A stretch of DNA of 64,000 bases from Gammaproteobacteria bacterium (GTDB taxonomy: Bacteria; Pseudomonadota; Gammaproteobacteria; Steroidobacterales; SZUA-146). Where the stretch lies: the NCBI GenBank assembly GCA_045107075.1, contig JBGCFV010000060.1:9317-73316 (forward strand), in the 5' to 3' direction. Of the stretch, positions 27,641-36,685 are shown in pieces. The notes below the pieces were generated by a model. It searched no databases. It was given only the letters and a program-made list of their open reading frames with translations, and was not told the DNA's origin. How positions within the stretch are numbered: the stretch's first letter is position 1; the number at the start of each line of letters is the position of its first letter. The position numbers and the translations under genes are program-made.

Positions 27641-28513
27641 GTGACCATAAATAAACAATCAAACTTCGGGTTCAGCGACGAAGAGCTTAGCCAATTACCT
27701 TTGGTTTTTGCCGACAATTTGTTTGAAGGCAAGGTGTTTTTAATATCGGGTGGCGGTAGCGGGATAGGTAAGGCAACTGCGTTCGTCCTCACCCGGCTAG
27801 GTGCGAAAGTTATGATTTGCGGCCGCACTGAAGCAAAGCTCGTGGCGACGGCAAACAGTATTAAGAAAATGCTGGGTAAAGATATCGCTTATCACGCTAT
27901 GACTATTCGTGATCCGGAACAAGTTGACGCACTTATGGCCGATACGTGGGAGCGCTTTGGTGGCCTGGACGTTCTGGTTAATAACGGCGGCGGGCAGTTT
28001 CCGCAGGACGCAATTGATTTTAGTGTCAAAGGTTGGAATGCCGTCATTGATACCAATTTAAACGGCACGTGGTACATGATGCAAAGCGCCGCACAGCGAT
28101 GGCGCGATGAAAAAAAACCCGGGAACATTATTAACGTAGTTGCGGTTATCAACAGAGGGATGCCGCAAGTTGCACATACCTGTGCAGCTCGTGCCGGAGT
28201 CGTCTATTTATCCAAGACGGTTTCTACTGAATGGGCGCCTCTGAAAATCAGAGTGAACTGCGTGGCGCCGGGCTCTATCAGTACCGAAGGACTTGACGTA
28301 TACGAACCGGAAGTGGCCAGAATGTTTCAGTATGCGAACCCGATGCACGAGCTCGGTGACGTAGCGGATATATCTCAAGCTATTGCCTATCTTGCCGCAC
28401 CATCAGGCAAGTTCATTACTGGCGAAGTACTGACCGTAGACGGGGGTGCACAGCAATTCGGAGTGAATTGGTCTGCTGGCATACCGGACTATTTCAAAGT
28501 GAACGGGCGGTAG
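27641..28513 (+). CDS. SDR family oxidoreductase (2,4-dienoyl-CoA/enoyl reductase-like)
   Basis: GKVFLISGGGSGIGKA. GTG start is immediately after the upstream TAA. Confidence 0.75.
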   Translation: MTINKQSNFGFSDEELSQLPLVFADNLFEGKVFLISGGGSGIGKATAFVLTRLGAKVMICGRTEAKLVATANSIKKMLGKDIAYHAMTIRDPEQVDALMADTWERFGGLDVLVNNGGGQFPQDAIDFSVKGWNAVIDTNLNGTWYMMQSAAQRWRDEKKPGNIINVVAVINRGMPQVAHTCAARAGVVYLSKTVSTEWAPLKIRVNCVAPGSISTEGLDVYEPEVARMFQYANPMHELGDVADISQAIAYLAAPSGKFITGEVLTVDGGAQQFGVNWSAGIPDYFKVNGR

Positions 28514-28516
28514 ACT

Positions 28517-29047
28517 ATGAGGCTCCCAACGGGTAGAACACCGTTTCAACAAGCGTGGGTGGTTAACGACATAGAGCAAACGGCCCGGAGTTGGTCGGCC
28601 AGCTTAAACATAGGCCCATTTTATATCGCTGAATACACTCCGGACATGTTCGAATTCATTGACTACCGTGGGGGAGCGGGCAGCTTGCATATGAAAACGG
28701 CGATTGCGTACTCTGGCGACTCTCAAATTGAGTTGGTCGAGCCACTGGGGACCGCACCCAGTATCTATCGCGATGTGTATGAAAATGGACAGACCGGATT
28801 TCATCATCTGTGTTTCTGGAGTGACGAGTTTGAGCGTGATCTCGAACATCATGTGAGCCAGGGCCACGTCATTGCCAATGAGGGGAAAATGAAACGGGGG
28901 CCGCGATTTGCATACGTTGACGCAACGGAGACGTTGAACTGTGTTATCGAGGTGCTCGAGAGGCGACCGGCGCTCGTTGCGTTGTTTGACGAATGGCGCG
29001 AAGCCGCGAAAAGTTGGGACGGGAAGCGACCCGTAGTGAAGTTATAA
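28517..29047 (+). CDS. VOC (glyoxalase/bleomycin-resistance/extradiol dioxygenase) family protein
   Basis: 176 aa. A paired beta-alpha-beta-beta-beta module pattern is typical of the VOC superfamily. Confidence 0.55.
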   Translation: MRLPTGRTPFQQAWVVNDIEQTARSWSASLNIGPFYIAEYTPDMFEFIDYRGGAGSLHMKTAIAYSGDSQIELVEPLGTAPSIYRDVYENGQTGFHHLCFWSDEFERDLEHHVSQGHVIANEGKMKRGPRFAYVDATETLNCVIEVLERRPALVALFDEWREAAKSWDGKRPVVKL

Positions 29048-29095
29048 AACTCCAGAATTTACAAACGGGTCTAAACTGGTTCGAGCTTGGGTTAG

Positions 29096-29833
29096 CTAGA
29101 TTAGATTGGTGCTCCACTTAATGCCTCGTCTCAATAGCTCGTAGTAGGTTGGAAGCTCCCAGCTACAGCGCTCCACTACCGGGTAGTGATCCATAAGCGG
29201 TTTCATGTCGTCGTGGCCGCGACAGTGGCCCAGCGTCAAATACAAAACCTGACCTTCACCATATGGGTGTAAGTACATTACCGGTTGAGCCACGTCGCCG
29301 TCCCATTCTGTGGTTTCGAATTCGGGGGTCGAACCGCTGAAATGGCAGTGTAAAAGAGACGTGTGCTCGCCGATCATACGAGTCATATACAGTTCGTCGT
29401 TGGTTTCAAATGCCTCAATACCTTCAACCAGCGGATGTTCGGGTGCACTGACTTCAACACGAAAATCGCAAATAGGTGGGTGAGCTTCAAACTGGCTTCC
29501 GAGCATGCCCATAAACTCAGGCGCTTCATCCGGTGTGCCAATTTTGAGAGGTTTATAGCTTATCCAGCGAATGATTGAGTTCGTACCATGCAGTGCGAAC
29601 CAACGCTTGCCATCAGCCAGCCATGAAGACAACGCGTGCTGCTGTGCTTCAGTGGGAACAAGATCACACGTGTAGGTGATCAGGATGTCGGTGTCGGGGA
29701 GTTGGGCGGCGACGTCATAGTCTTCGGATACCGTGACGCTGAGGTTCTCTGATTCGTTAAGCAAGCCAAGAATCTCATCGCGAGCAAAGGCGAAGTCGTG
29801 GTAGTTCCCGCCACAGATAAGTAGCACGTTCAC
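29096..29833 (-). CDS. ThuA-like (class-I glutamine-amidotransferase-like) domain protein
   Basis: MNVLLICGGNYHDFAF... motif. Confidence 0.5.
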   Translation of the reverse strand: MNVLLICGGNYHDFAFARDEILGLLNESENLSVTVSEDYDVAAQLPDTDILITYTCDLVPTEAQQHALSSWLADGKRWFALHGTNSIIRWISYKPLKIGTPDEAPEFMGMLGSQFEAHPPICDFRVEVSAPEHPLVEGIEAFETNDELYMTRMIGEHTSLLHCHFSGSTPEFETTEWDGDVAQPVMYLHPYGEGQVLYLTLGHCRGHDDMKPLMDHYPVVERCSWELPTYYELLRRGIKWSTNLI

Positions 29834-31704
29834 TATTTTGCCGTTTTAAAAGCGAGAAGAACGTTGCCAGGCATGTGGAAATACACCCCGTACCCCGAAT
29901 TACTCAGCAGGTATCCGTTAGCTACAACGGGACCTGCACCACCAATTGAGCCTCCAAACGCGGTTGTACCCGCTTCATCATCGAAGCGGCGAGCCGTATC
30001 GTATTCCCATAGAACATGCCCGGTATCGGCGGCGTAAGTGCGCAACCGACCATCCATGTGTCCAGCGATTACCGCTCCCGGAATGGCCGTCACAGCGGCC
30101 GAAATACCCGGCTCGCAAAACTCTCTTCCGCGACAGACGTTGTTCGCAGGAGAAGTCCACATAATGGAACCGTCCAGTGCATTAACAGCCGAGATTCCCG
30201 GCTCTGCTGCGGACGTATACTCGGCGCCAGTATCCATATCTGAGATTGGAACGTATACCTTGCCCGATGCGGCGGCCATGCCGAAGTGTATGCCACCCTG
30301 AATACCGCCTCGACCTATTTGTGTTCGCCAGAGTGATTGTCCGGTATCCGGGTTAATGCCATGAACGGTACCGGACTTTTGACCGGCGACCAGGACTTGA
30401 GTGTCACCTGCGTTTACGAGTATGGCTGATGATCCAAAGTCATAGTCGGGGCCATCTTCAATCGGGCAGTTACTCTTGTCCTCGAGCATGCACGCTACAT
30501 TCCAGGCGTCACCACGGGTGGCCTGGTAGGTCCAAACACGTTCGCCTGTGTCTATATTAACGGCAATGATGGCGTCGCTGTTGTGGTCAGCCGGTGACGA
30601 GTAGTTCTCACCTGTGCCGCTGTATATTTGACGACGTTTTAAATCGATAGTTGGGCTATTCCATATGGGGGCGCCGGACGGGCCCAGGACAGGGGTGCCA
30701 ACTGCGGTCTTACTGTGTTGCTTGGGCGCGTTCTCTATGGTGTAGCTGCGCCAGACTTCGCTGCCGTCGTGAATGGACAGGGCGAGCAGCGAACCGCGGA
30801 AACTGCAGCACGGATAGTCCGGTGCAGCAGCTGAGGTGACCTCCAGCGATGACACAGGAACAATGAGTTTGTCTTCAACAAGACTGGGCGTACCTGTGAT
30901 GGTTGCATTGGGGTGGCTGTCAGCTTTTGTGCTCCAAAGTATTTCGCCGGAGGTTGCATTTACCGCGTATGCGCGTGCGAGCAGATCGCCAAAGAACAAT
31001 GTGGGGATGGGTCCCTCTTTGGCGACTATGGCCGTGCGTATTTCAGCGCCCACGTCTATTTTCCAGTGCATGCAGCCCGATCCAAGGTCGAGTGCATAAA
31101 GTGCCCCGTCCTGCGATCCGACAAACACGGTATTGCCGAAGACGGCGGGTTGAGAACGTGCTCGTAGTGCGCCGGGATAGGCGAACACCCAGGCGAGTTC
31201 CAGATCAGGTAAATCCGCTGCGGTCAGGCCGCCAGGTTGTTGAGGTTGTGAGCGAGTGTTGCGTGAGTCAAAGCCCCAGCCCGAGGCGACAACTCCCTGA
31301 CCAAGGTCGAACTTGTTTTCCTTGCTCGCGCATTGACGTGGCTCGGGAACCGCCAGGCTGGCAGCAAGAGTTGTGCCTGAAAGATACTCGGCAATCGCAA
31401 GGCGCTCTTTATCGGAAAGGCGTGAGGCCTGTTGCTGCATCAATCCATTTTGCATTGCACTATGAATCGATGCCGTAGGCATCATTTCAAGAAACATTTT
31501 GTGCGGTGCTTTTTGCACTCCACCTTCGTGACAGACGGCGCAATGGGTCTCGTACAATTTCGCTCCGTCAGGAGACATGTCGCTCGACTTGGAGATAGCC
31601 GCTTTGGTGTCAGCCATTTGGGTGTCCCGCGAGGGTGTTTGCACGCCGGATGTGCATCCCCACAAGGTTAGTAGAATGCTCAGAGTGATAGTCCTGATTA
31701 CCAT
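29833..31704 (-). CDS. lipoprotein with N-terminal c-type cytochrome domain (CAVCH) fused to PQQ-like beta-propeller
   Basis: The lipobox is LTLWGC. The heme site is CAVCHEG. Repeated PQQ-like beta-propeller segments follow (ALDLGSGCMHWK, AVNATSGEILW, INPDTGQSLW). Confidence 0.55.
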   Translation of the reverse strand: MVIRTITLSILLTLWGCTSGVQTPSRDTQMADTKAAISKSSDMSPDGAKLYETHCAVCHEGGVQKAPHKMFLEMMPTASIHSAMQNGLMQQQASRLSDKERLAIAEYLSGTTLAASLAVPEPRQCASKENKFDLGQGVVASGWGFDSRNTRSQPQQPGGLTAADLPDLELAWVFAYPGALRARSQPAVFGNTVFVGSQDGALYALDLGSGCMHWKIDVGAEIRTAIVAKEGPIPTLFFGDLLARAYAVNATSGEILWSTKADSHPNATITGTPSLVEDKLIVPVSSLEVTSAAAPDYPCCSFRGSLLALSIHDGSEVWRSYTIENAPKQHSKTAVGTPVLGPSGAPIWNSPTIDLKRRQIYSGTGENYSSPADHNSDAIIAVNIDTGERVWTYQATRGDAWNVACMLEDKSNCPIEDGPDYDFGSSAILVNAGDTQVLVAGQKSGTVHGINPDTGQSLWRTQIGRGGIQGGIHFGMAAASGKVYVPISDMDTGAEYTSAAEPGISAVNALDGSIMWTSPANNVCRGREFCEPGISAAVTAIPGAVIAGHMDGRLRTYAADTGHVLWEYDTARRFDDEAGTTAFGGSIGGAGPVVANGYLLSNSGYGVYFHMPGNVLLAFKTAK

Positions 31705-31758
31705 GTTTTTTCCGCTCTAATTTAGATGTCTGGGTACACTCAAATACTACCACGTAAA

Positions 31759-31780
31759 AAAAACAGTCCGACTTGTTTTT
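31759..31780. promoter_or_regulatory. palindromic operator-like site (AAACAGTC-CG-ACTTGTTT, degenerate), copy 4 of 4
   Basis: The site is in the divergent region between the cyt-c/PQQ lipoprotein gene and the TonB-dependent receptor gene. Confidence 0.4.
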
Positions 31781-31899
31781 TTATTTTAGGCGGGCTAAGG
31801 TTCTTAGGAGTTATCTCGCCGCCGAATTGTCCGCAAATATGCACTCTCGCGAATCTGAAGACATTGAAGCGTAAATCGAATGTTGTGAGGGGGTTTGAA

Positions 31900-34293
31900 A
31901 TGCAAAGTGGAATGCGAACACTGCAAAGAGTAAGCATGATTGTTGTAACGCTTTGGGTCGGAGCGTTTGTACCGGGAATGGCCAATGCTCAAGTACTTGA
32001 AGAAGTCACGGTAACGGCTACTCGCCGCGGAGATACCGATATTCTGACAACTCCAGTGGCGGTTACGGCGCTTACCGGTGAACAGATTGAAACGTTCGGT
32101 ATTCGTGACCTTAACGACATTGCCGTCTCGGTGCCTGGGTTGTCGGGCGGAACGGTTGCTGCTTTTAAATCAGCTCAGTTTGCTCTGCGCGGTGTTTCCG
32201 AGACGACTATCATTGTTTATAAAGAATCGCCGATTGGTGTAATCATCGATGATTTCGTAGTGCCTCACATCCAAAGTTCCAATCTCGAAATGTTCGACGT
32301 TGAAGCAATCGAAGTCTTACGCGGCCCTCAGGGTACGTTGTTCGGTAAGAATACAACGGGTGGCGTTATTAACGTGCGCACCAAACGTCCGGTCATTAAC
32401 GACAAGAGTGTGGACCTGCGATTAAAGCTGGGTGACTTTGGCACCCAACAATTGCAGACTGCCATCAACGTTCCATTTGGTGACAACTGGGCCTTTCGTT
32501 TCGCCGGCATGAAATTAGAGTCCGATGGATATTATAAGAACAACGCGACCTTTGGCCCACTAGGCGCTGGCCCGGCTCCTGTTGATCCGACTTATGCTGG
32601 CTTATCCGGACAAGGTGATGGTCGAGATCTCGGCGGAGACGATGTGTTTTCAGCCCGAGCGAAACTGCTGTGGGAGCCCAGCGATAACTTTAATATGCTC
32701 TTCCAATACGAAATTATTCGCGACAAGGGTGATACTCCACCAATTGTTGCTGAATCGGGTGAAGGCTATCTTTTTCCGGTTTGGGGTTACCCTGCCGCTA
32801 CCGGCGATCCACTAGATAATGCCGGCAACACGCTTCGAGATGACTTGCTGTTGAATCTGACCAGCGGACACCGTGTCGATATTGACGGTTTCTACCTGAG
32901 CGCTGAGTGGGACCTTGGAAACTATTCCATTCTGGCCAACACAGGGATACGTGAGCAGGAATCGCGTTTGCCCAGTTCGTATGCCGGCTCTCCCGGGCCT
33001 GTCTCGTTGTTTGACGCCACCCGCGACGACAATCGTGAAACCAGCCAGTTTGAGATTCGTCTGGTATCTGATTTGGACGGTCCCTGGAATTTTGTTGCCG
33101 GTGCCTTTACGCAAAGCGACGATACTGAATTTTGCGTGTTGCAGGTTGTTGGCTTTCTGGACAATTTTTTCCTCGGTACGCCACCTGCATTTTTCAATAA
33201 CAATCCTCTGATCCTGTGCAATGCTCAGGAAGCAAGCGCAATAGCGGGGTTTGTTGATGGAACATGGGACATTACCGATCGCGCTCACCTCACGCTGGGG
33301 CTTCGATATACGAAAGAGGAAAAGAGCTGGGCCGGACGTCCGCGTATTAATGTATTTGCACTCGACGGCGCGCCAACGCTGGCAGAACTCGGAACGCCAC
33401 TTAATGCTGTCGATTTCGACCGCTTCCCTTCTCTGGTCGTGCGGGACTCTGAGACGTGGGAGGAACCCACATACCGGGTCAATTTCGCATACGACTTTAA
33501 CGACGACTGGTTTGGTTATGCGAATTACTCTCGCGGCTTTAAGAGTGGTGGCTATAACGATCAGATTGGAACGCAGCTAAATCCGATTACGCCTTTGGCA
33601 GCGCGACCTACCGATCCTGAAATAGCCGATTCATTTGAAGCGGGTGTTCGCGCAAGCATTTTGGGTGGGTCAGCCTCATTTGGTGCGACGTTGTTTCATG
33701 TTAAATATACCGATGCTCAGCGAACACTCAACGCAACGTTCCCTACGGGACAAGAAACACTGTTCTTTAACGCCGCTGAACTCACTACACAGGGTTTGGA
33801 GTTGGACGGTAGTTGGGCTGCTACAGAACGCCTGACGTTCTCCGGCAACTTGGCCTGGACCGATGCCGAGTTTGACACGTTTGAAGCGGATACTAATTTT
33901 GACGGTGTTAACGACGTTGATTTTAGCAATCAGCCTGTAACGCGAGCGCCGGAACTCATGTACACGATTGACGCCAAGTACAGGCAGGAGTTGCCCCGAT
34001 ACGGTGATTTGGACTGGAACGTGCGAGTGGCCTATGAAGATGAATCGGTTGCCAGCTACTCGGACGTGGCTCCTGAATTCAATGCGTTTCTGAACGAAAG
34101 GACGCTGGTCGATGCAAGCGTTACGTTTACTGACAAGAACGATAATTATTTCGTCAGATTGTTTGGTAAGAACCTCACAGATGAACGTTATCGAACGGGC
34201 TCTTTGTCTGTCGCGACGCTTTGGATCATGTCAGCCTACGGACCACCTCGCTGGTTCGGCGTTGAGTTTGGCGCTAACTTCGATTTTAATTAA
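31900..34293 (+). CDS. TonB-dependent outer-membrane receptor
   Basis: GAGGGGG RBS precedes ATG 31900. There is a signal peptide, a TonB-box-like EEVTVTATR, a plug domain and a 22-strand barrel. The C-terminal residue is aromatic (...FDFN). Confidence 0.85.
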   Translation: MQSGMRTLQRVSMIVVTLWVGAFVPGMANAQVLEEVTVTATRRGDTDILTTPVAVTALTGEQIETFGIRDLNDIAVSVPGLSGGTVAAFKSAQFALRGVSETTIIVYKESPIGVIIDDFVVPHIQSSNLEMFDVEAIEVLRGPQGTLFGKNTTGGVINVRTKRPVINDKSVDLRLKLGDFGTQQLQTAINVPFGDNWAFRFAGMKLESDGYYKNNATFGPLGAGPAPVDPTYAGLSGQGDGRDLGGDDVFSARAKLLWEPSDNFNMLFQYEIIRDKGDTPPIVAESGEGYLFPVWGYPAATGDPLDNAGNTLRDDLLLNLTSGHRVDIDGFYLSAEWDLGNYSILANTGIREQESRLPSSYAGSPGPVSLFDATRDDNRETSQFEIRLVSDLDGPWNFVAGAFTQSDDTEFCVLQVVGFLDNFFLGTPPAFFNNNPLILCNAQEASAIAGFVDGTWDITDRAHLTLGLRYTKEEKSWAGRPRINVFALDGAPTLAELGTPLNAVDFDRFPSLVVRDSETWEEPTYRVNFAYDFNDDWFGYANYSRGFKSGGYNDQIGTQLNPITPLAARPTDPEIADSFEAGVRASILGGSASFGATLFHVKYTDAQRTLNATFPTGQETLFFNAAELTTQGLELDGSWAATERLTFSGNLAWTDAEFDTFEADTNFDGVNDVDFSNQPVTRAPELMYTIDAKYRQELPRYGDLDWNVRVAYEDESVASYSDVAPEFNAFLNERTLVDASVTFTDKNDNYFVRLFGKNLTDERYRTGSLSVATLWIMSAYGPPRWFGVEFGANFDFN

Positions 34294-34362
34294 ATCGTTT
34301 TAGTAAAAAAGCTTTAACTAAATTGAGTAGCTAGCCAATTACTATGTAATTTGTAAGCATGA

Positions 34363-34390
34363 AAAGGGCCGGTTTATCCGGCCTTTTTTA
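34363..34390 (+). terminator. rho-independent terminator
   Basis: gggccgg-tttat-ccggcc followed by tttttta. Confidence 0.65.
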
Positions 34391-34422
34391 TTTCCGCTTT
34401 AGACAAACCGGGTTCTGTCATT

Positions 34423-36681
34423 ATGCGAATAATAAAAACAGCCATTGGTATCGCGTTTCTGGGAGCTGCAGTTGTTGGAATGTACGTGACCGGTATTATG
34501 CAGGGCTGGTACGGTCAGCTTGAAGAGAGCGGGTCAATTGCCGCTATTGAACCCAGGCCGCCCGAGTTGCACGAGGCCCGGTTGAAGCCACAGGGTGTCA
34601 CCTCAGTCACCGGAAATGAACCCAAACAAATCCTGTTTGGCGATTTGCACGTGCACACGACGTTTTCATCTGACGCGTTTCGAATGTCGCTGCCGATGGT
34701 GCAAGGCGACGGTACGCATCCGCCAGCAGACGCCTGCGATTTCGCCCGCGTTTGCGCCAACCTCGATTTTTGGGCGCTCACCGATCACGCTGAAAGTTTG
34801 CCACCGGAACTGTGGAAAAAGTCAGTTGCCAGTGTGCAACGATGTAATGAAATTGCTGGAGATCCGGCTAATCCGGATATGGTTACGTTCATGGGCTACG
34901 AGTGGACGCAGTCAAACCCGCAACCTGAGCAGCATTACGGACACAAGAACATCATTTTCAAGGGCGTCACCGACGCGGAGCTTCCAACTCGGCCCATTGC
35001 GTCTCCTGTTCGGGGTGGCACGTTCGCCAGCATTCCGGTAAAGCTGCGAGTGTTACCGCCTCTTCGTGACTTGGCCGAGCGTAAACGTTATTACGATTTT
35101 GGCCGACTAATTAACGAAATAGCTGACACACCCGTATGTGCCGACAACGTGAACAGTCGCGAGCTATCGCCGGGGTGTGCTGAAATAGCTGCTACGCCTG
35201 CTGACTTGTTTCGAAAACTTGATGAGCTGAGTCTTCCGTCGATTGTTATTCCGCACGGCACAGCCTGGGGGATTTATTCGCCGCCGGGAACAACGCTCGA
35301 CAAGCAGCTTACAGGCGACATGCATGACCCGAACAGGCAAACGCTAATTGAAGTCTACTCGGGGCATGGCGCCTCTGAAGTCTATCGCGATTGGCGTGCT
35401 GTCCGGTTTGACGACGATGGTATGGCGGTGTGCCCAGAACCAACGCCCGGGTATTTGCCGTCGTGTTGGCGAGCAGGAGAAATCATTAAAGAAAGGTGTC
35501 TTAAAGAGGGTGCTGATACGACCGAATGTGATTCCCGAGCCAGGGATACTCGTGAACGCTATGTGCAATACGGACTACCTGGGTGGCACGTGGTGCCGGG
35601 CACTCAGCTTGACGATTGGTTAAACGCAGGGCAATGCGAAGACTGTTTTCTACCGGCGTTCAACTATCGGCCTGGCGGATCAGCTCAATACGGTCTTGCA
35701 ATAGGCGGTTTCGACGAGAGTGAGGAACCTAAACGTTTCAGGTTTGGCTTTATCGCCTCAAGTGATAATCATTCTGCGCGACCGGGTACGGGTTATAAAG
35801 AGTACAAAAGAGATCCTGTAACCGACTGGTGGGGCTATAAAGACAGCGCGTCGCGAGAATTGTATTCCACCGACCGTGGCGATTCTTCATCGTCGTCACC
35901 CAGAGATGTAGATGTGTCTCAAATAGATCTTTTTAATATCCTGGAGCTTGAGCGGCAATCCAGTTTTTTTTCAACTGGTGGACTTGTGGCAGTTCATTCT
36001 GCCGGGCGAGATCGGGAGTCGATATGGGAAGCGTTGCAAGCCAAGGAAGTTTATGGAACGTCGGGAGAGCGGATTTTGTTGTGGTTTGAAATGATGAGTT
36101 CCGCAGATAACGGCCGCGAGCTATCGACGCCGATGGGCGGGGAGGCCGAGCTCTCGGAGAACCCTCGTTTTAAAGTGCAAGCCATGGGGTCGTTTGCCCA
36201 AAAGCCTGGCTGCACTGACTACGCACGGACCGCGCTTAATGCCGAACGTCTCGAACTGCTGTGTCGCGGTGAATGTTATAACCCTTCCAGTGTTCGCAGA
36301 CCCATCGAGCGAATCGAGATTGTACGAATCATGCCGCAGCGTTTCGAGAAAGAAAACATCGCACCGCTAATAACAGACCCATGGAAGGTTATCGAGTGTG
36401 ACCAAACGGGTTCAGGATGCAGCGGTGAATTCGAAGACGAGGGCTTTGTCCAAGGCGCTCGCGACGTTGTTTACTACGCTCGGGCGATACAGCAGTCCAG
36501 GTCAACTATTAACGCGAACGGTCTGCGATGCGACCGCGACGAGAAGGGGCAGTGTGTTTCTGTGAATGCCTGTTTTGGTGATGACCGAACTTCGCCGTCC
36601 GACAACTGTGCCGAAGATCTTGTCAGCATGGCCTGGTCCTCGCCAATCTTTGTGGACTTCGCGGCAACTGAACTAAACTGA
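34423..36681 (+). CDS. PHP-like/DUF3604-like metal-dependent hydrolase-fold protein, N-terminal membrane anchor
   Basis: GDLHVHTTFSSDAF is a PHP-type His motif; the N-terminal TM helix is followed by a large 750-aa periplasmic domain. Confidence 0.5.
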   Translation: MRIIKTAIGIAFLGAAVVGMYVTGIMQGWYGQLEESGSIAAIEPRPPELHEARLKPQGVTSVTGNEPKQILFGDLHVHTTFSSDAFRMSLPMVQGDGTHPPADACDFARVCANLDFWALTDHAESLPPELWKKSVASVQRCNEIAGDPANPDMVTFMGYEWTQSNPQPEQHYGHKNIIFKGVTDAELPTRPIASPVRGGTFASIPVKLRVLPPLRDLAERKRYYDFGRLINEIADTPVCADNVNSRELSPGCAEIAATPADLFRKLDELSLPSIVIPHGTAWGIYSPPGTTLDKQLTGDMHDPNRQTLIEVYSGHGASEVYRDWRAVRFDDDGMAVCPEPTPGYLPSCWRAGEIIKERCLKEGADTTECDSRARDTRERYVQYGLPGWHVVPGTQLDDWLNAGQCEDCFLPAFNYRPGGSAQYGLAIGGFDESEEPKRFRFGFIASSDNHSARPGTGYKEYKRDPVTDWWGYKDSASRELYSTDRGDSSSSSPRDVDVSQIDLFNILELERQSSFFSTGGLVAVHSAGRDRESIWEALQAKEVYGTSGERILLWFEMMSSADNGRELSTPMGGEAELSENPRFKVQAMGSFAQKPGCTDYARTALNAERLELLCRGECYNPSSVRRPIERIEIVRIMPQRFEKENIAPLITDPWKVIECDQTGSGCSGEFEDEGFVQGARDVVYYARAIQQSRSTINANGLRCDRDEKGQCVSVNACFGDDRTSPSDNCAEDLVSMAWSSPIFVDFAATELN

Positions 36682-36685
36682 TCCG

